Counted from the first letter of the stretch, positions 23,501 to 35,622 are shown. The stretch is 64,000 bases of DNA from Styela clava (GCF_964204865.1 NC_135259.1:14570001-14634000), one strand, 5' to 3'. A program made the numbers and translations. Notes: a model not told the origin generated them from the letters alone.

Positions 23501-25264
23501 CGTTGAATATCCAATCCATTTCAAATGTCTTCAATTCTGTTCAACTTATCTCGAGATTGAGTCGTTTTACGACAAAAGAAAGGTTTAACTACTCCAAAAT
23601 GCACCGCAGCAGTCACCTATCATAAAAATGTATGGCAAAGTGCCCCATTATATCTTGTTTTGATCCATAACATAGCATGTTCTGGAGAAAAGTCTCATCA
23701 ATTTCCGTTGTTATTTTTTGAATATATAAGAGGTATATCACGAGTAAGATTGATTGCGTTTAGATTTATTTTAGTGACTGTATAATTTTCAAAGTCAACC
23801 GGTAAATAATATGTCGTAGGCAAAAAAAATAATGAGATTAACAAGGCATTTTTTTTAGCTGTTGGGAGTCTCCTAGAACAAAGTTTATAGTGTTTTCCGT
23901 TTCATTTTAGTATCTTATAATAACTCTCCAATGTGGAAATTCGGCTTGCGAATTGACTTCCCTATTTATCTTCAACATCTCATCGCTGATAATTATGAAA
24001 ACGCCTCGATTCTAGAACCAACTTTTGGCCTGATTTGGGAGAGGGGGACGGCATCTAATTGGGTGATGATGGTAATTTCCATTATTTTGGGTCTGCTTAT
24101 TCAATTTGTACCATAAAATACTGCCTCCCCGTTAGGCCAGTTTAAATTATCATGAGTTGAAGGGCTATTGCCGTTACTATCACATGTGCGTTGCATTTCG
24201 TGAAAAGCCTCAATTGTTTTCGTCGCCATAAACATTAGGCCATAACATCTTTTATTTCAGTGTTTATTTTTCCCTTAATCACAATTTCTCAAGACATATG
24301 TTTTGTGTCACGCACTATATTTGTGAGAAAACGAGTTATTACATAATCATCGGTGATGAAATTCTAAGATAAATAAAGAAGTCAATACGCAAACCAAATT
24401 TTCCTGATTAAAAAGCGACATTATGAAATACTAAAAATAAAACAGAAAACACCATAAGTTTTGCTTTAGAATGGCCCACGACAGATTGTATTTGGCCGGC
24501 ATGATTGCCAGTTATGTTGAACACAATTAAATTAAAATAAAAAGACAATTATTATGGGTTAAATATTATGTGGTAGAAAAAGTCATTTTGAGCTATTTTA
24601 CCGAATGCGCAAACGCTGCGACCATTCCAGAAGCCGATTTTCCTTCCCGTCTTATTGTGGGGTTATATGTAAAACCCTTATATGCTGGGTAGACCGATTC
24701 GCATATAAAAATACAGCATATAATAACTCTCAGTGGATTCGCAAGTTACATGCAGGAACAAAAAGGAATTAACATGACACCGACTTGAAGGGTGTTTACA
24801 GCCTAAATAACATGCCACACTTAGAAAACAATTAGCAAAATGCGTTATTGGGCTGCACTACTGATAATGGCTATGGAGCCGGAGCTGGAGCCAGCTCCGG
24901 CATAAAAAAATGAAGCTCCGGAGCCGGAGTTGGAGCTATAGATTGAATACCCTGCGACTCCGGAGCTGGAGTCGGAGCCATCATGATTTCGAACCAGCTC
25001 CCCAGCCCTGGTTGTGATGCAACGGATTCAGACTCTGATTTGGTATCGCTTCCATGTCACTTTTACCAAGTCTATTTAATTCTGTTTTTCTTTCACTTCT
25101 ATGCCCATGATGTATTTTTTCTGTCTATATCCTCGTTGGGCCAAAAGATACCAGGTATCATTCAACATGCGTATGAGTTGCGTTGTTGAATTATCTAAAA
25201 AATATTTTATTTTATATCTTACAGCAAATCGAGATCAAGATCACCTGAGCGAGAGCGAGATTGA
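20584..25264 (+). CDS. SRSF2: Serine/arginine-rich splicing factor 2 (SC35), 212 aa; exons 20584-20738, 21057-21182, 22445-22603, 22816-22974, 25225-25264
   Basis: Spliced translation gives ..[85 protein letters not shown].., then a Gly-rich linker and RS domain. All four introns are GT-AG, phase 2; total 639 nt. Confidence 0.93.
21228..21716. mobile_element. Long-TIR foldback-type MITE in SRSF2 intron 2
   Basis: ggtcttactacttactgaatacagcgc ... gcgctgtattcagtaagtagtgggacc. Internal acagcgcgaaaca repeats are mirrored at the other end. TSD not resolved. Confidence 0.75.
21796..22042. mobile_element. Degenerate hAT-like MITE in SRSF2 intron 2
   Basis: ggtgggcggcg ... cgccgcccacccctg inverted ends. 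Confidence 0.45.
23031..25010. mobile_element. Non-autonomous hAT element (1980 bp) in SRSF2 intron 4, family D
   Basis: TIRs cagggctgggaagc / gctccccagccctg. Perfect 8-bp TSD gttgtgat. Subterminal GGAGCC/GGAGCT arrays at both ends. No intact transposase. Confidence 0.9.
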
Positions 25265-26194
25265 GAAGTTCAGAACTTCATTGAAGAAAAAAATTGTCCC
25301 TATTACTGGATGAACTATCAGAAGCCAGCTGTCTGTTGCATAAGTTGATTTGTCAGCCAGAAGTGCAGCGCAGCTGGTAATTTTTATACATAATTTCCGT
25401 ATGTGCTGTAAACTAAGATAAATTGAACAATAACTGTTCGTGCTAGATGTTTAAGGGTTTAGAACTTCGTAAATCTCCAGCCAACTTTGCTGCTATCTGA
25501 ATTCTGAATATTGGTCTAGTATTTATTAAAGTATACTAGCGCCTCCATATGCCACCCAAGGAATATATCCCCTATTAATTTTTAATGACGAAATTTTCGT
25601 GCCAAATATCAACACTTTTTTGATAACAATATATCATGATCTTGCAAGAACATAGACCAGGTATATATGACTTTAAAGTAATGAAAATATGACAAACTTG
25701 TAGAGAAGTCCTTAGATTTTAAAATTAATTTGTACAAGTAAATTGCATTTATTTCTGTCAAATAAATTGTGATTCCTCACAAAGAGGGACATATTAAATG
25801 GATAGTTTTGAGATAGAAATCATAAGCTTGTTTGGAATATTTCCTCTGCAGTATGAAACTGATCAAGGCTTATCAACAAAAAATAATGAAACGATGTTTA
25901 GCAATTTGAAATTTTATTCATTTACATTGAAAATAGTTTGCCTTGGTGTTTGTATTATATGCTCCTGTATAAAATTGAACCATGTTTTATTTTGTTGTTG
26001 TTAACCTTTATTTTGCTTGCTTACATTGTTTTTTACTCCTTAAAACAGCGAATCGAGAGCGGTGATTAGCGGTCCTGTGAAATAGTGGCGAGTAGCAGTG
26101 TATTTGGCAAGAGTATGCTGTCCTGTGTAACCAGTTAAACTGTTTCGGTCATTGCCAGTTTTGCTTCGGTCCTCTTTTTTTATGGATGGAGTCT

Positions 26195-26354
26195 GTGGGT
26201 CCAGTGTATTGCCGAGTTCCGGGGTCCTGTCGTCGGTGGGTCCAGTGTATTGCTGAGTTCCGGGGTCCTGTCGTCGGTGGGTCCAGTGTATTGCGGAGTT
26301 CCCGGGTCCTGTCATCGGTGGGTCCAGTGTATTGCTGAGTTCCGGGGTCCTGTC
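26195..26354 (+). repeat. GC-rich 41-bp tandem repeat, ~3.9 copies
   Basis: Unit gtgggtccagtgtattgcNgagttccggggtcctgtcgtcg starts at 26195, 26236, 26277 and 26318. Confidence 0.95.
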
Positions 26355-26451
26355 CAGAGCCAGTTAATTAAAAGTTTGCGTATAGCGATTACCAGCATCT
26401 GCTTCTAGTTCCTAGTGCCTGTTTTGTCGAGTAAGTTGCAGGGATACCTTG

Positions 26452-26582
26452 TACTTTGTGAGTATGGAAGTTATCCTGTGGAAGAAATCTTGGTGCAAGG
26501 AGAAACATGGTAATATCTTTTACTTTGTGAGTATGGAAGTTATCCTGCGGAAGAAGTCTTGCTACAAGGAGAAACGTGGTAA
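26452..26582 (+). repeat. 69-bp tandem duplication containing duplicated 5' splice-site-like motifs
   Basis: tactttgtgagtatggaagttatcctg... at 26452 and 26521. Confidence 0.9.
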
Positions 26583-28373
26583 ATTCAGGGCTTTGACATC
26601 TTCATTAAACCTTTTTTAAACCTTTTTCCTAATAATTAATATTCGAGATTGCTAGCTAGCATTAACCTTTGGGATAAAGTTCTTTATTTTTTTTTTTGTT
26701 CACTTGACTGTCTTTTCTCCCAATTAGCTCCTGTCTGTTGGAAATTTATGAAGAAGCCAGGTAGGGGGTCTGGATTGACTTCTGGAACTTGTAAATAGAA
26801 ATCGAAGAATTTTCATTAAATACCCCCATGACACCTTTGCATTAACAAATTATGCAGGAATATCGATAGCTTCATTATTTGCCCAAATTTAATAGACCAG
26901 TAATCTGAATAATAATGCAGTAAAATTAAGATGTTGGCTACATACATATAAGTGACTTGATTTAAGAGGCCCTCTTGTTTGGTGAGCTTAACTGTGCATC
27001 GTGTACAGTGTTTTTATTTCTTGTATGAGGACCGTCATTCTATATACCTGAATTGCATTGGAGCATACATACCCACAGGCAACTGCATTATTCATTAAAC
27101 TAAACTTTTGCCTGAACACATTGCGATCGTCTACTGGGACGAGCGGTTGTTTATTGAAGTGAAGGTCTGTTGAGAATGCTACGTCCGCAGGAGTTGTATG
27201 CCTATAGTCACATGTTAGTTGTCCGGATCGACTGATAGTTTTGAGAAAACAACTTCGGGCTTCTTGCTGTCTTATTTCAGCTTTTCTCGTATGGACCTCT
27301 GCTTTTCTCGTATGGACCTCTGAAGAGTTGTGAGAATTTGGGCAAAGCTTCCCTGTGTGTGCCTGTTAAGAGAGTTGTGCGAGTGGGAACCTCTTATAAT
27401 CTTTTTCCAGATTTTATAATTTCTGGTATGGACCTTGGAAGAGTTGTAAAAAAGGTGACAAAGCTACTTTAATGAAAGCTTTACTAGGCGTCTTTTGGAA
27501 TTCATTCTGCTTGTTCTCCATGCTCTGTGTATAAAATCCTGTAATGGGTTTGTATATAGGCTGATGAAATATACCATGGCACTAAAATTGCTTACTGAGT
27601 TTTTGAAAGTCTGGGGGCTTGGTCACTTATGCTCTACTGAAAAGAACCTACAATATTTCATGGTGTTTCACTGGTGTCCAAATGACTTTTAGTTTTGGAT
27701 TTCCAAACTCACTCCCATTTGATTTTTGTGGAAGTTGTGGAGTCTGCATAGAAAGTGATAGCATAACACACTGACTTTTAAGTCTACAAATCTAGTGGTT
27801 TTACAATTGGCTAACAGCACATAGATGTCCACCTTTTAGCTATGGTTCTGTAATTTACCAATCAATAAAACACCCAAGCTTGAGAAACTGGACTTGAGAT
27901 TGGTGGCAATCCTATCATATGCGACAGGTCTAATACCTAAATAGGTAAACTTATGCCTCTAATACAAATTAGTCGCATTACACCCCCTATTTTGACTTGC
28001 ACCCACCCTGTTCTTGGGAGTTTACGTTTAAAGCAGAGGTTCCCAAACTTCATTGGCCATGTCTAATATTTCTTACATGGTTGATAACTAAATTGCTGCT
28101 TTGTGTAATACCGATACGTATAGTTGGGACACAGTCAGGAGCCATTTCCTCGGCTCCTATTCTGGTTTTAATTTGCTTCTCAAGCCTTTCATTAACAAAA
28201 ATTCACACACTGGTTGCAATTGATCTTTATTTCCAGCCTTTTAAATTCTAGGGAATAAAATCTTTACATCTATCGTAACCACAATATTTTACACTTTATT
28301 CCCAAACACTCCAAAAATATTAAGTAACTCTGTGGCCACTGGTGCCGGCATCTCAACTAGTATTTTCAATGCT

Positions 28374-31300
28374 TCATCTTAAGGCAGATACATGCTTGTT
28401 GAGCTGTTATACAAATATCAATGATTAGAAATGTCAAATGTTCTTCACTTGGGTCATTAGGTTGGTGTTTCATGTGAGACAGATAGTTGTAGCTGGACAT
28501 GCTTACCTTTTCAAAGTTGAGAATCTGCTCTATGAAATAGTCAGCATATCCTCGTTCTATTTTTGTATCTGCTATATGTATCATATCCTGCAAACAGAAA
28601 GATTTCCGTTATTGTCAGTTGAGTTTTTCAAATTGAATCTACATTACATATTTCACAGTCCTCACTATTTCCTTCGTACCTATTACAAAGCAATCTTGCT
28701 AGGCCTCGACAACTTAATGGTAAAAGCTAGAAATAAGAATTAAGTGACTTCATCATTATGTATCCAACCTACCCCATCAATGTAGAAGTCAACTTCAAGT
28801 TGATTTTGTTCTTGTGATGTTTGAGAGTCAGACTGACTGTTCTTCATTTTGTGCTGTATATAATCAAATAAATACCGAATTATATGATTTTACTGACTTG
28901 ACTTTGGAATAGCAAAAAATATGGTCATATAATATTAATCATACTGATAAAGAACCATACGCTCGACAACCAATAACTCTAAACAGTCCATGCAGATGTA
29001 AATGCACGACAAATCCTTTATTTTGAAGTTCTTATATAGCAGTAGCTGCTCATTCAGATAGAAATGCGTATAAAAATGATTCAACTTTACTCCAAATTTG
29101 AATCATTTCACTGTTGGGAATATCTTGAATGCTCAACACTTACAAACCATTAAAATAAAGTTTTTGAAATATATAAATTCAAACCTTCAGACACATAAGC
29201 TCGGCTCTGAGATCATGTGGTGGCATGTCCAGGAAATCAGCAAGTTTATCCACAGGCATTGTAGAATATAATTTTAAATAACTACGGATTGTTGGCAACA
29301 GTGCTTGCTGATCAACTTCTTCAAGGAAAACCTAGATTGAAATTTCAATTTTATTTTAGAGTATATATATAACAACTACTGAACAGGCAAGGCATCTAGG
29401 ACATTGCATGTGAATTGGAAATAGTCTCTTCATGCTCGGTTCTGCCCACTTGAAAAAGACTATTAAAGCTACATATTTATAATAATGCTGCAATGAATGT
29501 AATAAAGTATTGCATGTTCAAATTATGTTCCATCGTTTGGGTTTCTGTGGATCCAATGCAAGGGCACTGTAGCAAGAACGAAGATGACTGTTCTAAGTAA
29601 TTCAAGAGTCTTCATATATACAGTATGTTAGACTGAAGTGAATCCTACCGCAAGCTGATGGTTCATGGGTTCCTTGTGAAGGTTGACAGGACCAGCTCCA
29701 TAATTTGGTGCCACAGGAGAAACAAACTTGGGACAAGCAAATGAAAATGCCTCTTCAAAAGCCCCTTTCTCCCTGTTAATTAAAACACACAGGCATTCAA
29801 TTTTGGATTAATGGAAAGCTAATGAGATTTGTAGAAATTATCCTTTTCAACAAAAATACATACCCTCTCTGCATTCTGGCTCTTTTTTCCTCGCCAGTTT
29901 TTTCTATCATTTGTCTTGAAAGAGATTCATCAATTCTAACTGGATAAAGAGTTACACATATTGCCAGAAGATTGTACATCTGATCGGTTTGTTTGGAAAT
30001 CTGTTGAAGAAATAAAATCCATTTAATGAGAGCAGTCGGAAATTATTGGCTGTTAGTTGTCAAGCCTCGATACAAAATTGGAAAACAGCAAAGACATGTC
30101 CAAAAAAATAATTCAGTGCTCGCTGCTTTAAGTATACCTGGATAAATTATTAATTTGTGAGCCTTGCACTAAAACGCTCTTTCTTTTTCATTCAATTTAT
30201 TGAAACAAGTAATGCTAGCTGACAGCTTCCCTTAAAATTCCCTGCTTTTAAGTGAAAGTTATATATAGAATCAATGATCAATTTGTATCCAATCCATTCG
30301 AAACCCATGGGGGATAATTATGTGTGAGAGGATAGCTGACTCCCCTCCGCTGTAGGGTAGTTGAGCGGTTACAGCTTGCTCCTCCATCAAGTCCTTGCAT
30401 CTGAAACAAATAACTAGTAACTGATCTCATACCCCACATGGACTGGTAAACAGACAAGGCCGAGGTTGGCCATCCATGGAATAAATAGTATAATTTACCA
30501 TATCAATCTTGAATTGACTGGAACGTTGTTGCAAAGAGTTTTTTGTCCTTTGTATGTGGGTTAATATGCTTGAGAAGGTGTTTATAGCATCTTGATACCT
30601 GTGAAAGCAAACAAAATTGAGTATAATAACTTGACCAAGTAATTCAAACAAATTTATTTGATCCATAGCATTTGTGAAGCTTTTAATCTTAACAGTTTAA
30701 AAATTGATTATGTGATAAACACACTAATCCGTACATGCAACCATCTACATTTTCAGATAGTTTGTTGCAGGGCTGGGGAGCTGAAGTCAGTGTCTGGAGC
30801 CATGACATTTTGATGGAGCTGGAGCTGTGCTTATCATAATAGCTGGTGATACCAGATTATTTAGTGGCTCCAGCTCCTAACCATCTGATTATTTTTTCAC
30901 ATTTATGATTTTGTAATACGCTATATAAATATTAAACTCTAACCTTTTCAGCCTAAGCTGGAGCCACAGGTTGAATATACTGTAGCTCTGAAGCCGGAGC
31001 TATTGTAATTTGAAAACCCGATCCCCAGCCCTGGTTTGTTGTGAACCAGTGGCTTTTTATTACAAATAAATAATCGATGATGATAGAGATCTACTTCTAG
31101 ACCGAGACTGACATTTTGTTGAGTTTTTTGTTTGTACTAAGTATTGGGATTCGGAAATAAATCTAGTCTAGTAATGAGGTAAAAACCTACCTTCTCATCA
31201 TCAGATATGAGAATCCAATATAATAGTAAGTTGTGATCTGACATTCAGGTACTCTGGCCATGACTGAACTCTGGAAATGAAAAATAGTCAAAATCATTCA

Positions 31301-34300
31301 AGGAATAGATTTTATTACAGTACTAATTAGGCTTTAAAATAAGAGGTAATAACACTTTCGGCTTGTGTGATTCACCTATTTATCCTACTCCCAAATTCAC
31401 CATAAAAATTGTCACATTCACATTACCTTTTTAGAAATGTCAATGTTCGTCATGACAGAAAGGGCTTGGTGATAATCTCCAAGTAGACTATGTAGTCTCA
31501 ACAAACCAATAATGCTGAAATATCCCAGCATCTTGTACATTGGCGATGCACCAAACTCTCCTGAAAAGAAGTGTAAATGGCATTTTCATTTATTTATACA
31601 TATATATATAAACTAACTCACACGGGACCTATAATAATCAAAGCGAAGAATTACAAATGCATCTACTAACCTCCAATTTTCAAAACTGTCTCTTGATCTG
31701 CGCCATTATTGTACGCTGCCAACTGTTCATTGATTCTTGACTTGTCAACAAGGGAATGCAAAACATTCAGAACACTATGGACGTTCCATATCTGTAAATC
31801 ATTCATATTGCAAAGCTCAAACTACCGTATTTTATGGACCATAACAAGCACTGGGGTATAAGAGACACCGCCAATGAAGTGCTTAAATTGGGGTTTTGTC
31901 CATACATAAGGCGCACTGGGCTATAAGACGCAACCGGTACTGGTAGTTATCCATACATTAGGCGTGCACCAGCTTATAAGGCGCGTGATTGATTTTTGAG
32001 ACAACAAATGAATTTAAAGTAAGCCTCACGGTCCGGAGAATCCGATACAAAAAAAGGTTTAAAATCTTCATACTGCCAAATAAATTTTTTGACGTGTTTT
32101 TAGATAAAAAAAAAGCGTCTTGTACGAATTAGTATTTTGAAACAAGAACGAGGATCACTAGTGCCAAATAATTGTGATAATTTCCAAAAAGATTTCAAAA
32201 TATCTCTTGAATTTATATAAGCTAACCTCCTTTGTATATATAATGACTAATGAAAGGGGGTGTGTAGTAGTCCCAATCATTTCAATAGTCTTTTTCACAT
32301 TGTGTATCATGCGAAAATATCATACCTTTGGACTACTCTTTAAAATCTCAATGTCCTCTTCTGTCTTCTTACTCATTTTGCTTCTGTATTGACTGAATGT
32401 TTGGTACTAGGTACAAAAATACATATTATTAGTGCTGATTGCTGAAACTAATAAATATATATCAAAACAAGTTACGAATAGATATTTGACTTTGTCATCA
32501 ATTTATTTGAGTACCGCTAGGATAGGATTTGCATATTTATCCCAGGGGAGAGGAGAAATGATAGGGCCGGCTCAATCATATGAGGACCACGGCCTCTTGT
32601 CCGGTTACCATGTTGGATACGTAATTAGTAAACCAGTTATTTGTTTTAGATGCATTGACTTATGCCGTAACTCACCATCGGTCACGTGAACCACCCTACG
32701 AACCCACGCAGGGTAATAAGAGGTGCGATAGTGAGTGCATTCCTAATGCTTAGCACGATGTGCCACACCGCCAAGCCCGAACATGGTCAAATAATTAACC
32801 TAGTTACTACTTGATACCAACTATTTATGTGAGATTTACAACAAAGTAAATATTATGGAAGCAAAATACCCACTAAACCTACCTGATAAATAAATTCATC
32901 AATGATATCCCACAACCATTGGTTTGGAAGCTGCAGTGGAACAGGTGAATCAGCATCTGAACACAAGCAAAAGTAGATTAAAAACCAATCTCGATAACTG
33001 TGTATTAATTTACTTCTTCTACTTACTCAGTATATAGTTGAATAAATCACAATAATTGTAGTAAGATTTGAATCTCTGATCCTGATCCGGACCTTGAGAA
33101 ACTCTGGCGTAAATGTGTCGATAATATAACTCCTTGTATAAGATCAGAAACAAGGAATCTGGAAAGAAAAAAATTCCATTGAAGAAAATTGTGATGCTTA
33201 CAATACTTCTGAGTAAAATTGTGTTTACAATTAAAATTATGTGTATTTACCACTTTATTCTCAATAACTTTTTGCGTGATACTGTTATTTTTACAGACTG
33301 GAAAAAAAATAACTCGATAATGACTATTACAAATCTCATCATTTACCAAATACAATAACCAGAGTTAGTTTCTTTTTTACACATCATTTTTACATGCTAT
33401 TCCCTTTGAACAAGGCTTTGTACAAGCAGATATAATAAGAGTTCTACCCAATATATTATAGCCTGAATTAGCTGGTGGACATCAGATTCAATAGCGGATA
33501 TTTTTAACATGTAGTGCCAACATAATAAGCCGTAGTGCCCAAGCATAATTCCAAATGTCCAATAAAATTTTGGCATTGTATTACATAGTATGGGAAAATA
33601 TCACAACAATCTTTTCAAGATCTCCAAAATATTACCGTGATTGACAATTTTCTCAATCAATTCCGCTTCTGGCCAAGGATCTGTTCTATACATTCTCTCA
33701 GTCAAACGATTCCAACTAAAGAAATAGATACAATGTTATTTCAAGAGTTTATCACACACAAAAACAGAGTAAAAAAACTTCTACTGTTTCAGCTCTAATC
33801 TTATCCAATAATGAAACAATAATTAATCGTGACTTGTCTCGGCCGTCTCGCGACCAAAGTTACGTTTTTTTTTTTTAAATAAAAACTCTTGAATGCTACA
33901 ATAAAATTTTTTGATCTTCCGTGAATTGGATTGTGCTTCATTTTAGTTTATTGCGCAGTGCTGGTTTGTCGATTTCTGGCAATATGAAGGCCCAAACTGT
34001 CTCGTGAAAGAGAAGTTTGCAATCACTGTGATAATTGATGTCTTTTAATGTGGGGGCTAATATTGGATCAGAGAAATGTGCTGTACTGTTATTAGAGCGA
34101 AATCTAGGGCAAGTTCTATCAACCAAAGCGATCAGAATGTTTTGAGTTATAGTCTAACTAGCCAAACTGAAATTACCCATTCTCGTAATGATTTTCAATC
34201 TCAAATATATCTTGTTCATTTATAGCTTTTTGAAAAAATTGGAGGAAGCTTTGCACAGCTTCTGGTACGAGAGATGAATGTTGTCTCTGTTTCTCATATT

Positions 34301-35622
34301 CTAAATCTTGTTGTGGATCTCCAGTGTGCAGCCCATATGTATCATCATACTAAACATAAGAATATTAGTTAAAGGCATGGTTTCGAGTAGCATCATATCG
34401 GTATTGCTGTATCGGTGTAGGGTGGCTTAGCCACTTTGCTGCCACGACCTATTTGCGGCCATCAACTTGTCGATTTAATTAATGCCGGAAAAATCAACAA
34501 ACCGTGACGATATTTTTCAAGCGTTATCGTCCACTTATCCCTTGTGGCTCTGCAAAATTACAATAAAATGCGGCCACAAACAACGAAGGTATAATAAAAC
34601 CCAACCCGACAATTCTTTTTTTTTCATGTGGCCAACTTTCCCATTGTCCCTGTAGGAAAGCTTCATAGAAATATAACATCCATATCCATAGAAATGAAAG
34701 GTAAGAAAATGTAACTTGTCAGGTGGGTAGAGTTGTGTTTCTTTTAATAACAATCTTGAAAGTTTCGCGTTTCTACATTTAAAGTAGGGGGAATGGGGAT
34801 GGGGTGCGCATTTCCAATAGGTCAATAATATCTTTGTCGACCAATTTGCGATCACCATGTTTTTATGTGTTTAATTGCTGCGATGCGGTGTTTTTGTTTG
34901 TAATTTGACGAGTTGTGTTCGAAACAACCGTGTTCTTAAAATATATGATGGCCAGAAATGCAATTAAAAGCCCAATTTTTTCACTCAGCAGAAACGATGT
35001 TTTCAGCAGAAACGATGTTTAGGGCTCGAAATCCGTGGTCGCACACTGGTCGTTCAATAGCAAATACGTCTTCTGAGTGTCATACTTTGATGGTTTGTAT
35101 AGCTTTAACCCCTGGTCATAGAAAGTTAATTCGACTGTAGCGTGTAGAATAAATGCCAATGCACTTACGCTAAAAAAATTACCGGGTTAGAAATATTGAA
35201 TTTTATTTTATAGCGGTTTGAATGAAATCGTCCGCTGACTGGCTGCACCACCCTATCTCAATATCCAGATAACGTACATAGCCCACAGGCATAGGCAGAT
35301 AGGTAAAGTAGGAAGATCTACGGTATCATCAATCATTTTATGTCGGTTCTCCAGTTCCAGAGTTCTCTGACATAAACAACACAAAAAGTAAACAGACAAA
35401 CAAAATGAAGGGTGGCGAGCATAACTTAATTTGAAGTTAAAAATCGCACAAGTACCGGTACCGTACGCGCCCATCCACACCAAAAATAAAACAAGCACAC
35501 AAGAGTGAAGGGTAATACCGGTACTTTTAACGCAATTTAAAATGAGAATATCTAAAAATATACCTCAAAAAAAGTTACATTTCACTCACCGGCACGTCTT
35601 CTTTAAAATGAACCTGATACAT
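28374..35622 (-). CDS. EIF3L: Translation initiation factor 3 subunit L, 535 aa; exons 35622-35590, 34349-34177, 33715-33636, 33158-33027, 32956-32883, 32406-32326, 31791-31671, 31560-31427, 31270-31191, 30598-30499, 30000-29864, 29772-29649, 29331-29185, 28853-28773, 28587-28507, 28403-28374
   Basis: Spliced frame is open (1608 nt) and contains [99 protein letters not shown]. All introns GT-AG. The first exon ([11 protein letters not shown]) is the least certain. Confidence 0.92.
30297..30478 (+). mobile_element. tRNA-derived SINE, partial copy in EIF3L intron
   Basis: Matches the reverse complement of 60787-61083 (tgcatctgaaacaaataact core). Confidence 0.7.
30768..31033. mobile_element. 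hAT MITE, short derivative of family D, in EIF3L intron
   Basis: TIRs cagggctgggga / tccccagccctg. Perfect 8-bp TSD gtttgttg. Same ends and GGAGCT repeats as 23031-25010. Confidence 0.88.
31825..32045. mobile_element. Tc2-like MITE in EIF3L intron
   Basis: TA|ccgtatttatggacc ... ggtccggagaatccga|TA with internal ataaggcgcac / ataagacgca repeats. Confidence 0.6.
32519..32776 (-). mobile_element. tRNA-derived SINE copy with internal deletion, in EIF3L intron
   Basis: Colinear with 60787-61083 (taggattt.catatttatc ... gccacaccg). Confidence 0.75.
34419..34652. repeat. Interspersed repeat family B, copy 2 (EIF3L intron 1)
   Basis: Reverse complement of 45-285. Confidence 0.75.

Noticed and set aside
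26195-26354. CRISPR-like appearance of the 41-bp repeat and its antisense ORF 26040-26315
   Set aside because: Units are contiguous with no unique spacers, there are no cas genes, and the context is eukaryotic. The ORF simply reflects the repeat.
27024-27116. Possible C/D snoRNA (ATGAGGA..CTGA..CTGA) downstream of SRSF2
   Set aside because: Imperfect C box, only a 3-bp stem, and no convincing antisense element.
28225-28247. Alternative EIF3L last exon (NLKGWK*)
   Set aside because: Exon 28403-28374 (LNKHVSALR*) matches the conserved C-terminus better, and an AATAAA at 28295-28300 precedes this site on the minus strand.
28600-28760. Possible C/D snoRNA in an EIF3L intron (minus strand ATGATGA ... 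CTGA)
   Set aside because: The CTGAC sits at the branch-point position, with no terminal stem or recognisable rRNA guide.
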